A DNA stretch of 64,000 nucleotides. Source: Armatimonadota bacterium. GTDB lineage: Bacteria > Armatimonadota > SYMT01. Position 1 is the stretch's first letter, and each line of letters starts with the position of its first letter. Positions 28,554 to 37,699 of this stretch are shown one piece after another. The stretch spans positions 32,001 through 96,000 of the forward strand of contig JAWLHY010000009.1 of NCBI GenBank assembly GCA_041690135.1, read 5' to 3'. A model generated the notes under the pieces. That model was not told where the DNA came from. It worked only from the letters and a program-made list of their open reading frames with translations, and made no database searches. The position numbers were made by a program, and so were the translations under genes.

Positions 28554-29912
28554 TCAACGGGGAAGACGGGCCGGTTCGTTCCCTATGATGAGGCGGAAGG
28601 TTTCTTCCGCCATATCGCGGAGGCGTACCCGGTGGTAGCCGGTGACCCCGGTCTGTAATGTGTCGTTGAACGGGGCGGTCCATTCCCCGGGAATCTCCCG
28701 GGCGCCGTGGAGAATGCCGACCACCGAGCCGACGGTCGCGCCGTTGCAGTCCGTATCGAAGCACGCCTGCACGGCGCGGCACAGCGTTTCGCCGAACCGC
28801 TTCTCGCCCCACAGTAGACCCAGGGTCACCACCATCGCATTGCTGATGGTGTGGCACCAGTCGTGGACGCGCCGCTCATCCCAGATACGGTGAATCCGGT
28901 CCGTGGCGTCGTCGTAGTCCACGCCCTCCCGGTACCAGCCCAGAACGGAGCGGACCGCCTCGGCCAGCCGGCAGTGCGCGGGAATTTCGCCCAGCCCGGT
29001 CTCGACGATCGTGGGAAGGTCTTCCGTCGCGAAGGCCGCCGCGATCATGGCCGCGGCCCACATCTCGCCGTAGATGCCGTTTTTTACATGGGAGATGCTG
29101 GCGTCCCGCCACGCCAGCTCCGCGGCCAGTTGTGGGTTTCCGGGGGCGGCGTAGCCCCAGAAGTCGGCCCGGATCTGCGCGCCGATCCACTCCCGGTACA
29201 CATTGCGGAAGACAGCCGATTGCGGTGGGGGAATGAGCAGGCAGAGATTACGGTAGGCGACCCGCTCCGCCGTGCAGCAGTGGAGAATGGGGATCTCCCG
29301 CAGCCAGAACTCCGCCACGTCCGCGGGAGAGAAGCCCGGACCGTACTGCTTCAGGATGGCCAGCCCCGTGGTGGTATAGTTCGTGTCGTCATCTTCCGGC
29401 ATCGAGTCGACCGTCTCGATGAAACAGCGGTCCGGTCGCACCTCGTACTTCTCCCGCACCGGGGCAGGGGCATCAAGGCTGAAGTACGACGAGAGGGGAA
29501 AGCGGTCCGTTTCGCGCAGGTAGCCCCACATCCGGGGGCGTCGCCAGCCTTCCACTGGTTTCCCCAGAAGACACCCGCAGACCCGTCCCAGCCAGGCGCC
29601 GTAGATCCGGTCGCGCAGTTCCGCGTCGCCCAGGCGCGGCGTAGGCAGACGAGGTCGATCCGGCGGCCGGGTGGCGCGGATCCCCTCCAGGTCCGAGGGT
29701 TCCATGTAGGGGAAGTCGCTTCGGATCGGAAGGGCGGCCGTCCGGTCGAGCAGGTCCTGGGCGGCGGGTTGGTTCGCCGGATTCTCCAGGTCGAGGGCCT
29801 CCACCCGGGCGAACGCCTCTTCCACCGGCGCAAGGGCCTTGCCTTCCTGCTCGCACTGCAAACGCTCGGTCTGCAGGTCGGTGTTGCTGATGTAAAGCCA
29901 GATGGGGTTCAT
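28554..29912 (-). CDS. ADP-ribosylglycohydrolase family protein
   Basis: GAWLGRVCGCLLGKPVEG, EDDDTNY, EWIGAQIRAD, SHVKNGIYG and DTDCNGATVGS. Confidence 0.9.
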   Translation of the reverse strand: MNPIWLYISNTDLQTERLQCEQEGKALAPVEEAFARVEALDLENPANQPAAQDLLDRTAALPIRSDFPYMEPSDLEGIRATRPPDRPRLPTPRLGDAELRDRIYGAWLGRVCGCLLGKPVEGWRRPRMWGYLRETDRFPLSSYFSLDAPAPVREKYEVRPDRCFIETVDSMPEDDDTNYTTTGLAILKQYGPGFSPADVAEFWLREIPILHCCTAERVAYRNLCLLIPPPQSAVFRNVYREWIGAQIRADFWGYAAPGNPQLAAELAWRDASISHVKNGIYGEMWAAAMIAAAFATEDLPTIVETGLGEIPAHCRLAEAVRSVLGWYREGVDYDDATDRIHRIWDERRVHDWCHTISNAMVVTLGLLWGEKRFGETLCRAVQACFDTDCNGATVGSVVGILHGAREIPGEWTAPFNDTLQTGVTGYHRVRLRDMAEETFRLIIGNEPARLPR

Positions 29913-30103
29913 ACCGAGCGGTTAGAGGATCCAGGGCCAAAACCCTCTTGCCCGTCGCTCCCAGCCATCGATTTAGCCCCTCCTAAATCTTGCAACAAAG
30001 GTTGCTGGGCAGCCGGGATTTGGATGGGGCTATAATGATGCCGGTGCCCCCGGAAATGTCGGATGCAGGCATCCGCTGCGCGTGGTTTTGTCGAGGTGTA
30101 TCG

Positions 30104-30433
30104 ATGCTGGCTCCCCGCGATGAGAATGGTTTCACCCTGCTCGGAGAACTGCCCGCCGCCGACGGTCTGGAAAAGGTAGAAGTCCAGTCCCGCACCGACG
30201 CGGAAGGCAACTCTGTACTCGAGTTGGTGGAGTACCGCTGGGGGTCGGGCCTGGGCTGGTACGTGCAGAAGCGGATCTCCCTGGACTGCGGCCAGGCCGA
30301 AGCACTTCGTGCCATTCTCGGGGCTCACGCCGCCACATCGACTGCTGCCGCACCGCCGGCTCCCCGGCTGAAGCGCCCCGCTCCTGCTCGCACGCAGGAA
30401 GGGAACGTCATCCGGCTCGACTTCGCCTCCTGA
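30104..30433 (+). CDS. Hypothetical protein
   Basis: GAGGTG RBS and ATG at 30104, TATAAT at 30031-30036; typical codon usage. Confidence 0.65.
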   Translation: MLAPRDENGFTLLGELPAADGLEKVEVQSRTDAEGNSVLELVEYRWGSGLGWYVQKRISLDCGQAEALRAILGAHAATSTAAAPPAPRLKRPAPARTQEGNVIRLDFAS

Positions 30434-30552
30434 GGTTCGAGATTAGTCGTGGCTAAAAAAGGTTTTCCCAACGCATTGACTCTCGCCTGCTTCTGAGCTA
30501 CACCATGAAGCGAAGCAGGCAGTCGTGCCATCGTTTAGGAAGGGCTTCTTCT

Positions 30553-31296
30553 ATGCGCTCCCCCCGCCGTCGAGGCTTTACTCTGATTGAACTGCTCGTG
30601 GTGATTGCGATCATTGCAATCCTCGCCGCGATCCTGTTCCCGGTGTTCGCCCAGGCGCGAGAGAAGGCGCGCGCCATCTCTTGCCTCTCGAACCTGAAGC
30701 AGATGTCGCTGGGTATTTCGATGTACGTGACGGACAACGAGTATTATCCCGTCTACTCGTATGCCAGCCCAAGCAACGAGCGCTGGCACACGATTCTGCA
30801 GCCCTACGTGAAGAACACTCAGGTTTTCGTCTGCCCTTCCTCGGCCTTCCAGCGCTATCACTTCCGGAACATGGGCTACGGGTACAATCACCAGTATCTC
30901 GCCCGCTCGGTGAGCCGCGGGGGGACGGGAACCACCCACGAAGTGCAGATCGAGTATCCGGCCGACACCATTGCGGTAGCGGATGCTTTCGGTACGGGGG
31001 GGTGGGCGCAGACCCCGCTTCCCTGGAGCGACGCCGACAACACTTGTGAGCGGTACGGCAACCACGGCTACACCATCGATCCGCCGCTGCTGCCGGCCGG
31101 GAGCAGTTGGGGGACGAGCTGCAGCGTGAGCAGCCCGATTGCCGGGTATCCGGGAGCCGGCCATACCCGCATCGGCACCCGGCATAACGGTGGCGCGAAC
31201 GTCGCCTTCTGCGATGGACACGCCAAGTGGATGCGCCGCGAAATCCTGGAGGTGGACAACACCTACTGGAACGGGCGTAAGGTAGCTGCCCCCTAA
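30553..31296 (+). CDS. Prepilin-type N-terminal cleavage/methylation protein (DUF1559, H-X9-DG)
   Basis: [15 protein letters not shown]...AREKAR...CLSNLKQ and [15 protein letters not shown]. Confidence 0.93.
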   Translation: MRSPRRRGFTLIELLVVIAIIAILAAILFPVFAQAREKARAISCLSNLKQMSLGISMYVTDNEYYPVYSYASPSNERWHTILQPYVKNTQVFVCPSSAFQRYHFRNMGYGYNHQYLARSVSRGGTGTTHEVQIEYPADTIAVADAFGTGGWAQTPLPWSDADNTCERYGNHGYTIDPPLLPAGSSWGTSCSVSSPIAGYPGAGHTRIGTRHNGGANVAFCDGHAKWMRREILEVDNTYWNGRKVAAP

Positions 31297-31337
31297 CCAC
31301 AAGTTGGGTGAGGCTTCAGACCAATTACCGCAAGCAA

Positions 31338-31425
31338 TTGGAATGGGAAAGTGGGGGAATGGGAGCAGTCTGGTGCCAGACGCTTCCGTTCCCCCATCCT
31401 CATTCTCCCATTCCCATTCTCTCGT
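31338..31425. repeat. Inverted pair of octamer arrays (GGGAATGG-type / CCCATTCT-type)
   Basis: Purine-rich units followed by complementary pyrimidine-rich units, between convergent genes. Confidence 0.55.
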
Positions 31426-31458
31426 TCCGCACGGTTCCACAGTCCGCCCCAGGATCCC

Positions 31459-32883
31459 TCATGAGGCGCTCGCCAGAACCGTCTGCGGGTGCGCGCGGCC
31501 GATCACGTAGGCTAGCTGGGCGCGCGCCCGGGCGACCGCGTAACGGGCGGTCACGGCATCGGTGCGGGCGCGGGTGACTACGGTTTCCGCCTCAGTGACC
31601 CGCAGCGCCGGCGCGATGCCCGCAGCCACCTGCTTGCGCGCGACTTCCAGTGCCTCTTCGGCGGCCTTCACGCGGGCCGCCTCGGCGCTTTGGCGCTGTT
31701 CGGCGGCTTCCAGGGCGACTCGTGTCTGCTCGATCTGCTCCTCCGCCAGGCGCTCGGCTTCCTTGAGGTTCGCTCCCGCGCGCTGGCGAGTGGCGCGAGC
31801 CGCCTCTACCTGCGCGCGCGACCGGCCGCCATCGAACAACGTTTGCACGATGGCGCTGCCCAGAGACCAGGCGAAACCGCCCAGCAGCGTTTCCGGCAGG
31901 CGCTGGAGTAGATTGCCTCGCAGTGCGACGAACGGCCGCCGGGCCGCCCGGGCCTGGTCGACTCCCGCTTCTGCCGCTTCGACGTCCTCGCGCATTGCCC
32001 GCAGGTCGGGTCGCTCCTTCCCAAGGTTCCGGGCTTCCTCGGCGGTGAGCCGTGCGGTGTCACCGCTGGCACGCCCGTCGCTGAACGCCACCGTTTGCGC
32101 GGAAGCCGGTACCGGCACCAGTGCCACGACGGTTTCGGCCGGACGACCGATGAGGGTGTTCAGCGTAGCCGCCCGCTGTTTGAGCTGGGCCTGCGCCTCG
32201 ATTTCCCGCTGCGTCGCTCCGGCCAGGTCCGCTTCGGCCTCCGTCACCTCCAGGGGAGCGCCGACGCCGGCTTCCACCCGGACACGTCCGATCCGCAAGC
32301 GTTCCGCTTCCAGCGCGCGCAACTCCGCCAGCACCCGGGTCTGCTCCTGCGCTTCCAGCGTACCCAGATAGGCCTCAGTCACGTCCAGGACCAGGCGTTG
32401 GGCCTCCTGTTCTTCGCGCGCGAGGGCAGCCCGCTCGGCCCGGCTCGCGGCCTTCTTGCCGGCTTTAACGCGTCCCCCCGTGTAGATCGGGATGGAGAGA
32501 TCGACGTTCCCCTCGAACGAGCGGTTGGGGGTGATACTGGGGCCGCCGCCGATGGAGCGCTCCGGGCCCTGGAACAGGCCGGAAGAGTTGAGGCCCACTT
32601 CCGGCCTCCCTTCCGCGGCGGCGCCTCGTTTCTGGGCGCGTGCGCCCGCGGTGGAGCCGCGGGCCGCCTCCAGGCGGGGGCTCACTGCCAGGGCCATGGC
32701 GAGGACGTCGCCCAATGTCAGCGAGTCCGCGGGAGAGGTGGTCGCCGCAGGCGGTGGCGGGATCGCCTGACCGGCGGAAACGGGCGCCACCACGAAGGGA
32801 GTCGTGGCGAAGAGGAGGAGTCCGGCGATCAGGGGCCGCTTGCGCAGACGGGATCCGGGTTCAGTGGGAGAGAAATGTGACAT
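31459..32883 (-). CDS. TolC family outer membrane efflux protein
   Basis: Signal peptide, LTLGDVLAMALAVSP, SIPIYTGGR, VTEAY, QTLFDGGR and two OEP repeats. Start at ATG 32883, not the longer ORF start. Confidence 0.9.
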   Translation of the reverse strand: MSHFSPTEPGSRLRKRPLIAGLLLFATTPFVVAPVSAGQAIPPPPAATTSPADSLTLGDVLAMALAVSPRLEAARGSTAGARAQKRGAAAEGRPEVGLNSSGLFQGPERSIGGGPSITPNRSFEGNVDLSIPIYTGGRVKAGKKAASRAERAALAREEQEAQRLVLDVTEAYLGTLEAQEQTRVLAELRALEAERLRIGRVRVEAGVGAPLEVTEAEADLAGATQREIEAQAQLKQRAATLNTLIGRPAETVVALVPVPASAQTVAFSDGRASGDTARLTAEEARNLGKERPDLRAMREDVEAAEAGVDQARAARRPFVALRGNLLQRLPETLLGGFAWSLGSAIVQTLFDGGRSRAQVEAARATRQRAGANLKEAERLAEEQIEQTRVALEAAEQRQSAEAARVKAAEEALEVARKQVAAGIAPALRVTEAETVVTRARTDAVTARYAVARARAQLAYVIGRAHPQTVLASAS

Positions 32884-32902
32884 CGATGCGGGTCCAGCAG
32901 GT

Positions 32903-32928
32903 GAATTAATTAAACGTTCAGTTAATTC
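32903..32928. promoter_or_regulatory. AT-rich 26-bp palindromic operator (TetR-like)
   Basis: GAATTAATTAAAC|GTTCAGTTAATTC, 11 of 13 pairs, 20 bp upstream of the tolC start. Confidence 0.65.
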
Positions 32929-33142
32929 TAGCGGGCCGCCGGAATCCGCGACAACGGTTCCGCGGTCGATGCCGTTAAGCTCTCGCGGACCGGTCGCTGC
33001 CGGCCCCGGAGCTGCGTCAGAACGCCGCCGGGTGGAGCGCATGGTACGAGGATTAAGGCCGGTGAAAGGCCAACCTACAGCGAGGCGGGCCGGGAGGGCT
33101 TCGCAGGGGCGGCGGCGAGAGGCCGCGGAGGGTGGGGCCAGC

Positions 33143-33967
33143 TTGTCGGACAACGTGCAGTCGCTTGGAGAGGAACGGCCGGAGATCACCCATGCGCCGG
33201 CCACGGCCCTGGCCATCGGGTTGATCGCCGGGGTGGGCAGCGCGCTCCTCGGGATCGGAGGCGGGCTCGTGATGGTGCCCGCCATGGTCTTCATGCTGCG
33301 CATCCGGCAGCACCGGGCCACAGGTACTTCGCTCGCGGTGATTCTTCCGACCGCAGCGGCCGCGGTGGCCCAGTATGGGCTGGAGCAGCGGGACCTCCCG
33401 GTAATCCTCACCCTGGGAGTGGGGGGTGTGGTCGGCGCCACGGTGGGCGCCATTCTCGCGGCGCTGTTGGGGGCCAAGCAACTGCGCAGTCTCTTTGGGA
33501 TCTTCGTGATGCTGACCGGCATCGTGATGCTCCTGCCCAAGGTACAGTCCGTGGCGCAGGTAGCGGGCTCCCTCGATTTCGGGCAGGGGCTGCTCCTGGT
33601 GGGTACCGGCGTGCTGGTGGGAATCGTCAGCGGTCTGCTGGGAGTCGGCGGCGGCCTGGTGATGGTGCCGGTGCTGGTGCTGCTGTTGGGTTTCACCCAG
33701 AAGGAAGCCCAGGGCCTATCCCTGGCCGTGATCATCCCCGTCAGCCTCTCCGGGGTGATCGCCCACTACCGCCGCGGCAACGTGGTGATGGGTCTTGCCG
33801 TATGGCTCTCCATTGGCGCGGTGGTCGGCGCCACCGTGATGGGACATTACGTTCAGCGCATCGAGAATGCCACGCTGCGGGCCGTTTTTGGTGTCTTTCT
33901 TATCCTCGTCGGGCTGAGCATGGCGCGAAGCCGGCCAGCCCGGCCGCAACCGCAGAGATCGGAATGA
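33143..33967 (+). CDS. Sulfite exporter TauE/SafE (TSUP) family permease
   Basis: Two repeats of G(I/V)GGGLVMVP...A.G.SLAVI; about 8 TM helices. Confidence 0.9.
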   Translation: MSDNVQSLGEERPEITHAPATALAIGLIAGVGSALLGIGGGLVMVPAMVFMLRIRQHRATGTSLAVILPTAAAAVAQYGLEQRDLPVILTLGVGGVVGATVGAILAALLGAKQLRSLFGIFVMLTGIVMLLPKVQSVAQVAGSLDFGQGLLLVGTGVLVGIVSGLLGVGGGLVMVPVLVLLLGFTQKEAQGLSLAVIIPVSLSGVIAHYRRGNVVMGLAVWLSIGAVVGATVMGHYVQRIENATLRAVFGVFLILVGLSMARSRPARPQPQRSE

Positions 33968-34596
33968 GCAGACAGGACGAATGGAAGCCGGAAGACCGGT
34001 ACCTTTATCTCAACGGCGAGATCAGCGACGAACAGACGCGCGAGATCGTCGCCCGCATCCTCCAGCACTGGGACAAGGAGTTCCTGCTGGTGATCAACTC
34101 GGACGGGGGCTCCAGTTTCAACGCCCTCTGCCTGGTGAACCTGATGCGGCAGCACGGGCGGATCGACACCCTCTGCATAGGGGTGGCCCTTTCCGGTGCC
34201 GCCGATTGCCTGGGTGCCGGCCGGAAGCGTTACATCGTGCCGGGCTCGATTGCGATGCTTCACCAGGTCTCCTGGGAGTTGGGGCGGGAGTTTGCCGCCA
34301 ACCTGCTGAAGAACGCGCATTTTCTCGACCGGCTCAACTCTCTGATGGCGGACCAGCTCGTCCAATTCACCGGCCAGAGCCGCGAAAGGCTGGACCGGGA
34401 TATGCAGAACGACTTCTACCTGGTGGACCAGGAGATCATCGACTACGGGCTGGCAGACGGGTACTGGGACCCGGCGCAACTCCTGCCTTCGGCCTCGTCG
34501 ACCCGGCGGGCCCGCCTGCGCTCCGAGATCGTGGAGCGCAGGGCGCGCCGGAGGGGAGAAGCGCCGGCAGAGAGTGCGGAAGGAGACGTCGAATGA
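33964..34596 (+). CDS. ClpP-like serine protease subunit
   Basis: YLNGEI, INSDGG, CIGVALSGAA (Ser), AMLHQ (His), MQNDFYL (Asp), DYGLAD; ATGA overlaps at both ends. Confidence 0.85.
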   Translation: MSRQDEWKPEDRYLYLNGEISDEQTREIVARILQHWDKEFLLVINSDGGSSFNALCLVNLMRQHGRIDTLCIGVALSGAADCLGAGRKRYIVPGSIAMLHQVSWELGREFAANLLKNAHFLDRLNSLMADQLVQFTGQSRERLDRDMQNDFYLVDQEIIDYGLADGYWDPAQLLPSASSTRRARLRSEIVERRARRRGEAPAESAEGDVE

Positions 34597-35537
34597 GCTA
34601 CCCGGTCCTGGGGAGTGTCGTCCGTGAGGACCCGCGGATTGACGATTTGATTCCGGCAGGCGCCTGCATCGAAGTGCTTGCCTCCGGCTTTCGCTGGACG
34701 GAAGGTCCCGTGTGGTTGCCGGATGAGCAGTGCCTGCTGTTCTCGGACATCCCGCAGAACGCGATCTTTCGGTGGAAAGAAACGGAGGGTCTTAGCCTCT
34801 TCATGAAGCCTTCCGGTTACACCGGCGTGGTGCCCTACGGTCCGGAGCCGGGCAGCAACGGCCTCACCCTTGACTCGCAGGGGCGCCTGGTGTTGATGGA
34901 GCACGGCGACCGGCGCGTGTCCCGTCTTGAGAAAGACGGCGGTAAGATGACGCTGGTGGACCGCTTCCGGGGGCGGCGGCTCAATAGCCCCAATGACGGC
35001 GTCCACCACTCGCGCGGCGACCTCTACTTCACCGATCCGCCCTACGGTCTCCCGAACCGGTGGGACGATCCCCGGCGCGAGTTAGACTTCTGCGGGGTAT
35101 TCCGGCTTTCGCCGGACGGGGAGATGACCCTCCTGACAGGTGAAATGACCCGGCCAAACGGGTTGGCCTTCTCCCCGGATGAACGGACTCTCTACGTGGC
35201 GCAGTCCGACCCGGAAGCCGCGCTCTGGATGGCATTCCCGGTACGGCCGGACGGGACCTTGGAGGCAGGTCGCGTATTCGCCGACGTCACCGCCATGGTG
35301 GACGCCGGGTACCCCGGTCTTCCGGATGGACTGAAGGTCGACGCGCACGGGAACCTTTGGGCCACGGGACCGGGCGGCGTCCACGTCTACGCGCCGGACG
35401 GCACCCGGCTGGGCCGCGTGGACACGGGCGGTCGCACGGCGAACTGTGCCTGGGGCGAGGACGGAAGCACCCTCTTCATCGCCGCGGATAGTTACCTTTG
35501 CCGGTTACGGACAAGCACGCGGGGCAACGGCTGGTGA
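34593..35537 (+). CDS. SMP-30/gluconolactonase family protein
   Basis: WTEGPVW, LFSDIP, GSNGL, LNSPND, YFTDPPYG, PNGLAFSPD and PDGLKVD. Confidence 0.93.
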   Translation: MSYPVLGSVVREDPRIDDLIPAGACIEVLASGFRWTEGPVWLPDEQCLLFSDIPQNAIFRWKETEGLSLFMKPSGYTGVVPYGPEPGSNGLTLDSQGRLVLMEHGDRRVSRLEKDGGKMTLVDRFRGRRLNSPNDGVHHSRGDLYFTDPPYGLPNRWDDPRRELDFCGVFRLSPDGEMTLLTGEMTRPNGLAFSPDERTLYVAQSDPEAALWMAFPVRPDGTLEAGRVFADVTAMVDAGYPGLPDGLKVDAHGNLWATGPGGVHVYAPDGTRLGRVDTGGRTANCAWGEDGSTLFIAADSYLCRLRTSTRGNGW

Positions 35538-35717
35538 CGCATTCCCCCAAGGAGATAGCACCAAATACTCAATCGTAAATGCGGTTGCACAGCATAGACG
35601 ACTTCAAGAAGGTAATGCTTTAATGGGCTACCTGTCTCCCGCCGAGCGCGGGACGGCAGGCTAGCCCTTATCGTGAAGTCATTGCCGCGCGTTGTTGCGC
35701 GTCAACGGGAGACACAC

Positions 35718-36419
35718 GTGCTAAACCGCTCGAAGTCCCGAGGGTTTACCCTCATTGAGCTCCTCGTGGTGATAGCCATTATCGCCATCCTCGCCGCCAT
35801 CCTTTTCCCCGTCTTTGCCCGCGCTCGCGAGGCCGCTCGTGCCACGAGCTGCAAGAGCAATCTGAAGCAGCTCACCACCGGTATCCTGATGTACGTTCAG
35901 GACTACGATGAGGTGCTGCCGCACGGTGGGCGCTCCGGGGCGTCGCCCAACCGTTGGTATCAACTGGTCGATCCCTACATCAAGAACGCGCAGGTTTTCC
36001 GCTGTCCCAGCTATAATGTGGGGACCAACCGGGGTTACGGCACCAACGTGAACCTGATGGAGTGGGGCAATGCTTCCAGCATGGCCGAGGTCCAGGCTCC
36101 GGCCGACACGGTCATCATTGGGGACACGGCCCTCTGCACCACCGCCGTAGCGACGGACCACAACCCGTTGAACTGGGTGCAGTACCAGAGCGGCCAGACG
36201 GACTGGCAGTTCACGCCGCCGCGGGACCGGAACGGCAACGCCACCGGCCGGTTTACGGCTACCGGTGACAACGAGCGCCGCCGCCTGATCCCGCGCCATT
36301 CCGAGATGTGCAACGTCGGCTACCTCGACGGGCACGTGAAGGCGGAGAAGCTGGAGCGCCTCCTGGGTCCGCTGCCGGCTGGCGGCGTGGGGCAGTTCGA
36401 CTACTTCGATCGCAATTAA
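35718..36419 (+). CDS. Prepilin-type N-terminal cleavage/methylation protein (DUF1559, H-X9-DG)
   Basis: RGFTLIELL..., YVQDYDE and [15 protein letters not shown]. Confidence 0.93.
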   Translation: MLNRSKSRGFTLIELLVVIAIIAILAAILFPVFARAREAARATSCKSNLKQLTTGILMYVQDYDEVLPHGGRSGASPNRWYQLVDPYIKNAQVFRCPSYNVGTNRGYGTNVNLMEWGNASSMAEVQAPADTVIIGDTALCTTAVATDHNPLNWVQYQSGQTDWQFTPPRDRNGNATGRFTATGDNERRRLIPRHSEMCNVGYLDGHVKAEKLERLLGPLPAGGVGQFDYFDRN

Positions 36420-36477
36420 GACGCGCTCTCGGCGCAGTTGCCCCTGATAGAATGAGCCTCCCCGGTAATGGGGAGGC

Positions 36478-37695
36478 TCATTTCGCTGTGGAGAGTCGCC
36501 GGAGCCGGAGCATGGAGGCGATGCCCGCGGCCGGGCCCAGCGCCAGGGAAGCCAGGGCCCACTGCCAGCCGAACTGCTCTCTAAGGATCGGCACCAGCCA
36601 GATGGTGAGCACGGTGAGGGTGAAGCCGACGGCCAGTTGGAGGGTCAGTGCGGTGCCGACGTAGGTCTGCTCGGCCACCTCCGTGACGATGGTGGAAAAC
36701 TGGGCGCTGTCCGCAACCACCCAGAACCCCCACACCAGGCCCAGCACCAGCACGGCGGCGAAAGGGAGCGCCTCCCAGCCGATCGCGAGCGCGCAGGCGC
36801 CGGAGCAGAGCATGGCCAGCGAGGTGGTTTGCACTCGGCCCCACCGGTCGCCCATCCGTCCCGCCACGCAGCATCCCAGGGCGCCCGCTCCAATGATGGC
36901 AAAGGCGCACAGGGCCGCCCCGCGCGCGGGGTCGCTATCGCCTTCCCGGCGCAGCACGTCGGCCATAAAGGGGGCGATCCAGGCCCACATGGCATAGAGC
37001 TCCCACATGTGCCCGAAGTAGCCCAGGCTGGCGAGTCGTACGCCGGGATTGCGGAAGGCGAGGTAGGCCTGCCGCGGATCAAACACGGCCCGGGGGAAGG
37101 GAAAGGGACCATCCTTCGCGACGAACTCCGCCACCAGGCCGCCCAGCAGGGTCAGCACGGAGGTGCCCAGGATGACGGCCCGCCACTGCACCCCACCCAG
37201 GGCATTCAGGAGGTGCGGGAGCGCGGAACCGAGCGCGATGGCGCCCACCATGACCCCCAGCGCAGTGCCGCGGTCCCGGCGGAACCAGGTGGCGATCGCC
37301 TTGAGGCTCGGCGGGTAGACGTAGGCCAATGCGGCGCCGGTGAGGAAGCGAAGAGGCAGCGCCGCCTCCGGGCCCGTGGTGAAGACCAGCCCGCCGTTGG
37401 CCAGGGCGCTGCCCAGGGCTCCGCAAAGGACCAGTCGCCGCGGGGGCGCCAGGTCGGGGATGTTGAAGATCGCAGAGACCAACGATCCGGCGACGAAGCC
37501 GAGCTGTACGGAAATTGTCAGCAGCGCGCTGGTGGTAGCGTCCAGCACCCACTCCCGCCGCAGTTGCGGCAGGACCGCGGAAGCGGAGAACCAGCAGGTC
37601 ATTCCAAGGAAACAGGCGGTGGAGAGCATGGCCAGAGCCTGCCACCGCCCGGCGGGGGCCTCTTCCGTTGGGGTCTTCGAGGAAGCCTGTGCCAC
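36478..37695 (-). CDS. MFS transporter
   Basis: WFSASAV, VQLGFVAG, RFLTGAALAYVYPP, GHMWELYAMW, GDRWGR and ADSAQFS; about 12 TM helices. Confidence 0.9.
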   Translation of the reverse strand: MAQASSKTPTEEAPAGRWQALAMLSTACFLGMTCWFSASAVLPQLRREWVLDATTSALLTISVQLGFVAGSLVSAIFNIPDLAPPRRLVLCGALGSALANGGLVFTTGPEAALPLRFLTGAALAYVYPPSLKAIATWFRRDRGTALGVMVGAIALGSALPHLLNALGGVQWRAVILGTSVLTLLGGLVAEFVAKDGPFPFPRAVFDPRQAYLAFRNPGVRLASLGYFGHMWELYAMWAWIAPFMADVLRREGDSDPARGAALCAFAIIGAGALGCCVAGRMGDRWGRVQTTSLAMLCSGACALAIGWEALPFAAVLVLGLVWGFWVVADSAQFSTIVTEVAEQTYVGTALTLQLAVGFTLTVLTIWLVPILREQFGWQWALASLALGPAAGIASMLRLRRLSTAK

Positions 37696-37699
37696 GAGC

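Noticed and set aside
32884-33735. N-terminal extension of the 758-aa TolC ORF (likewise extended starts for the MFS, GT-C and YncE ORFs)
   Set aside because: The extensions overlap other genes, operators or repeats; signal peptides and RBSs support the shorter starts.
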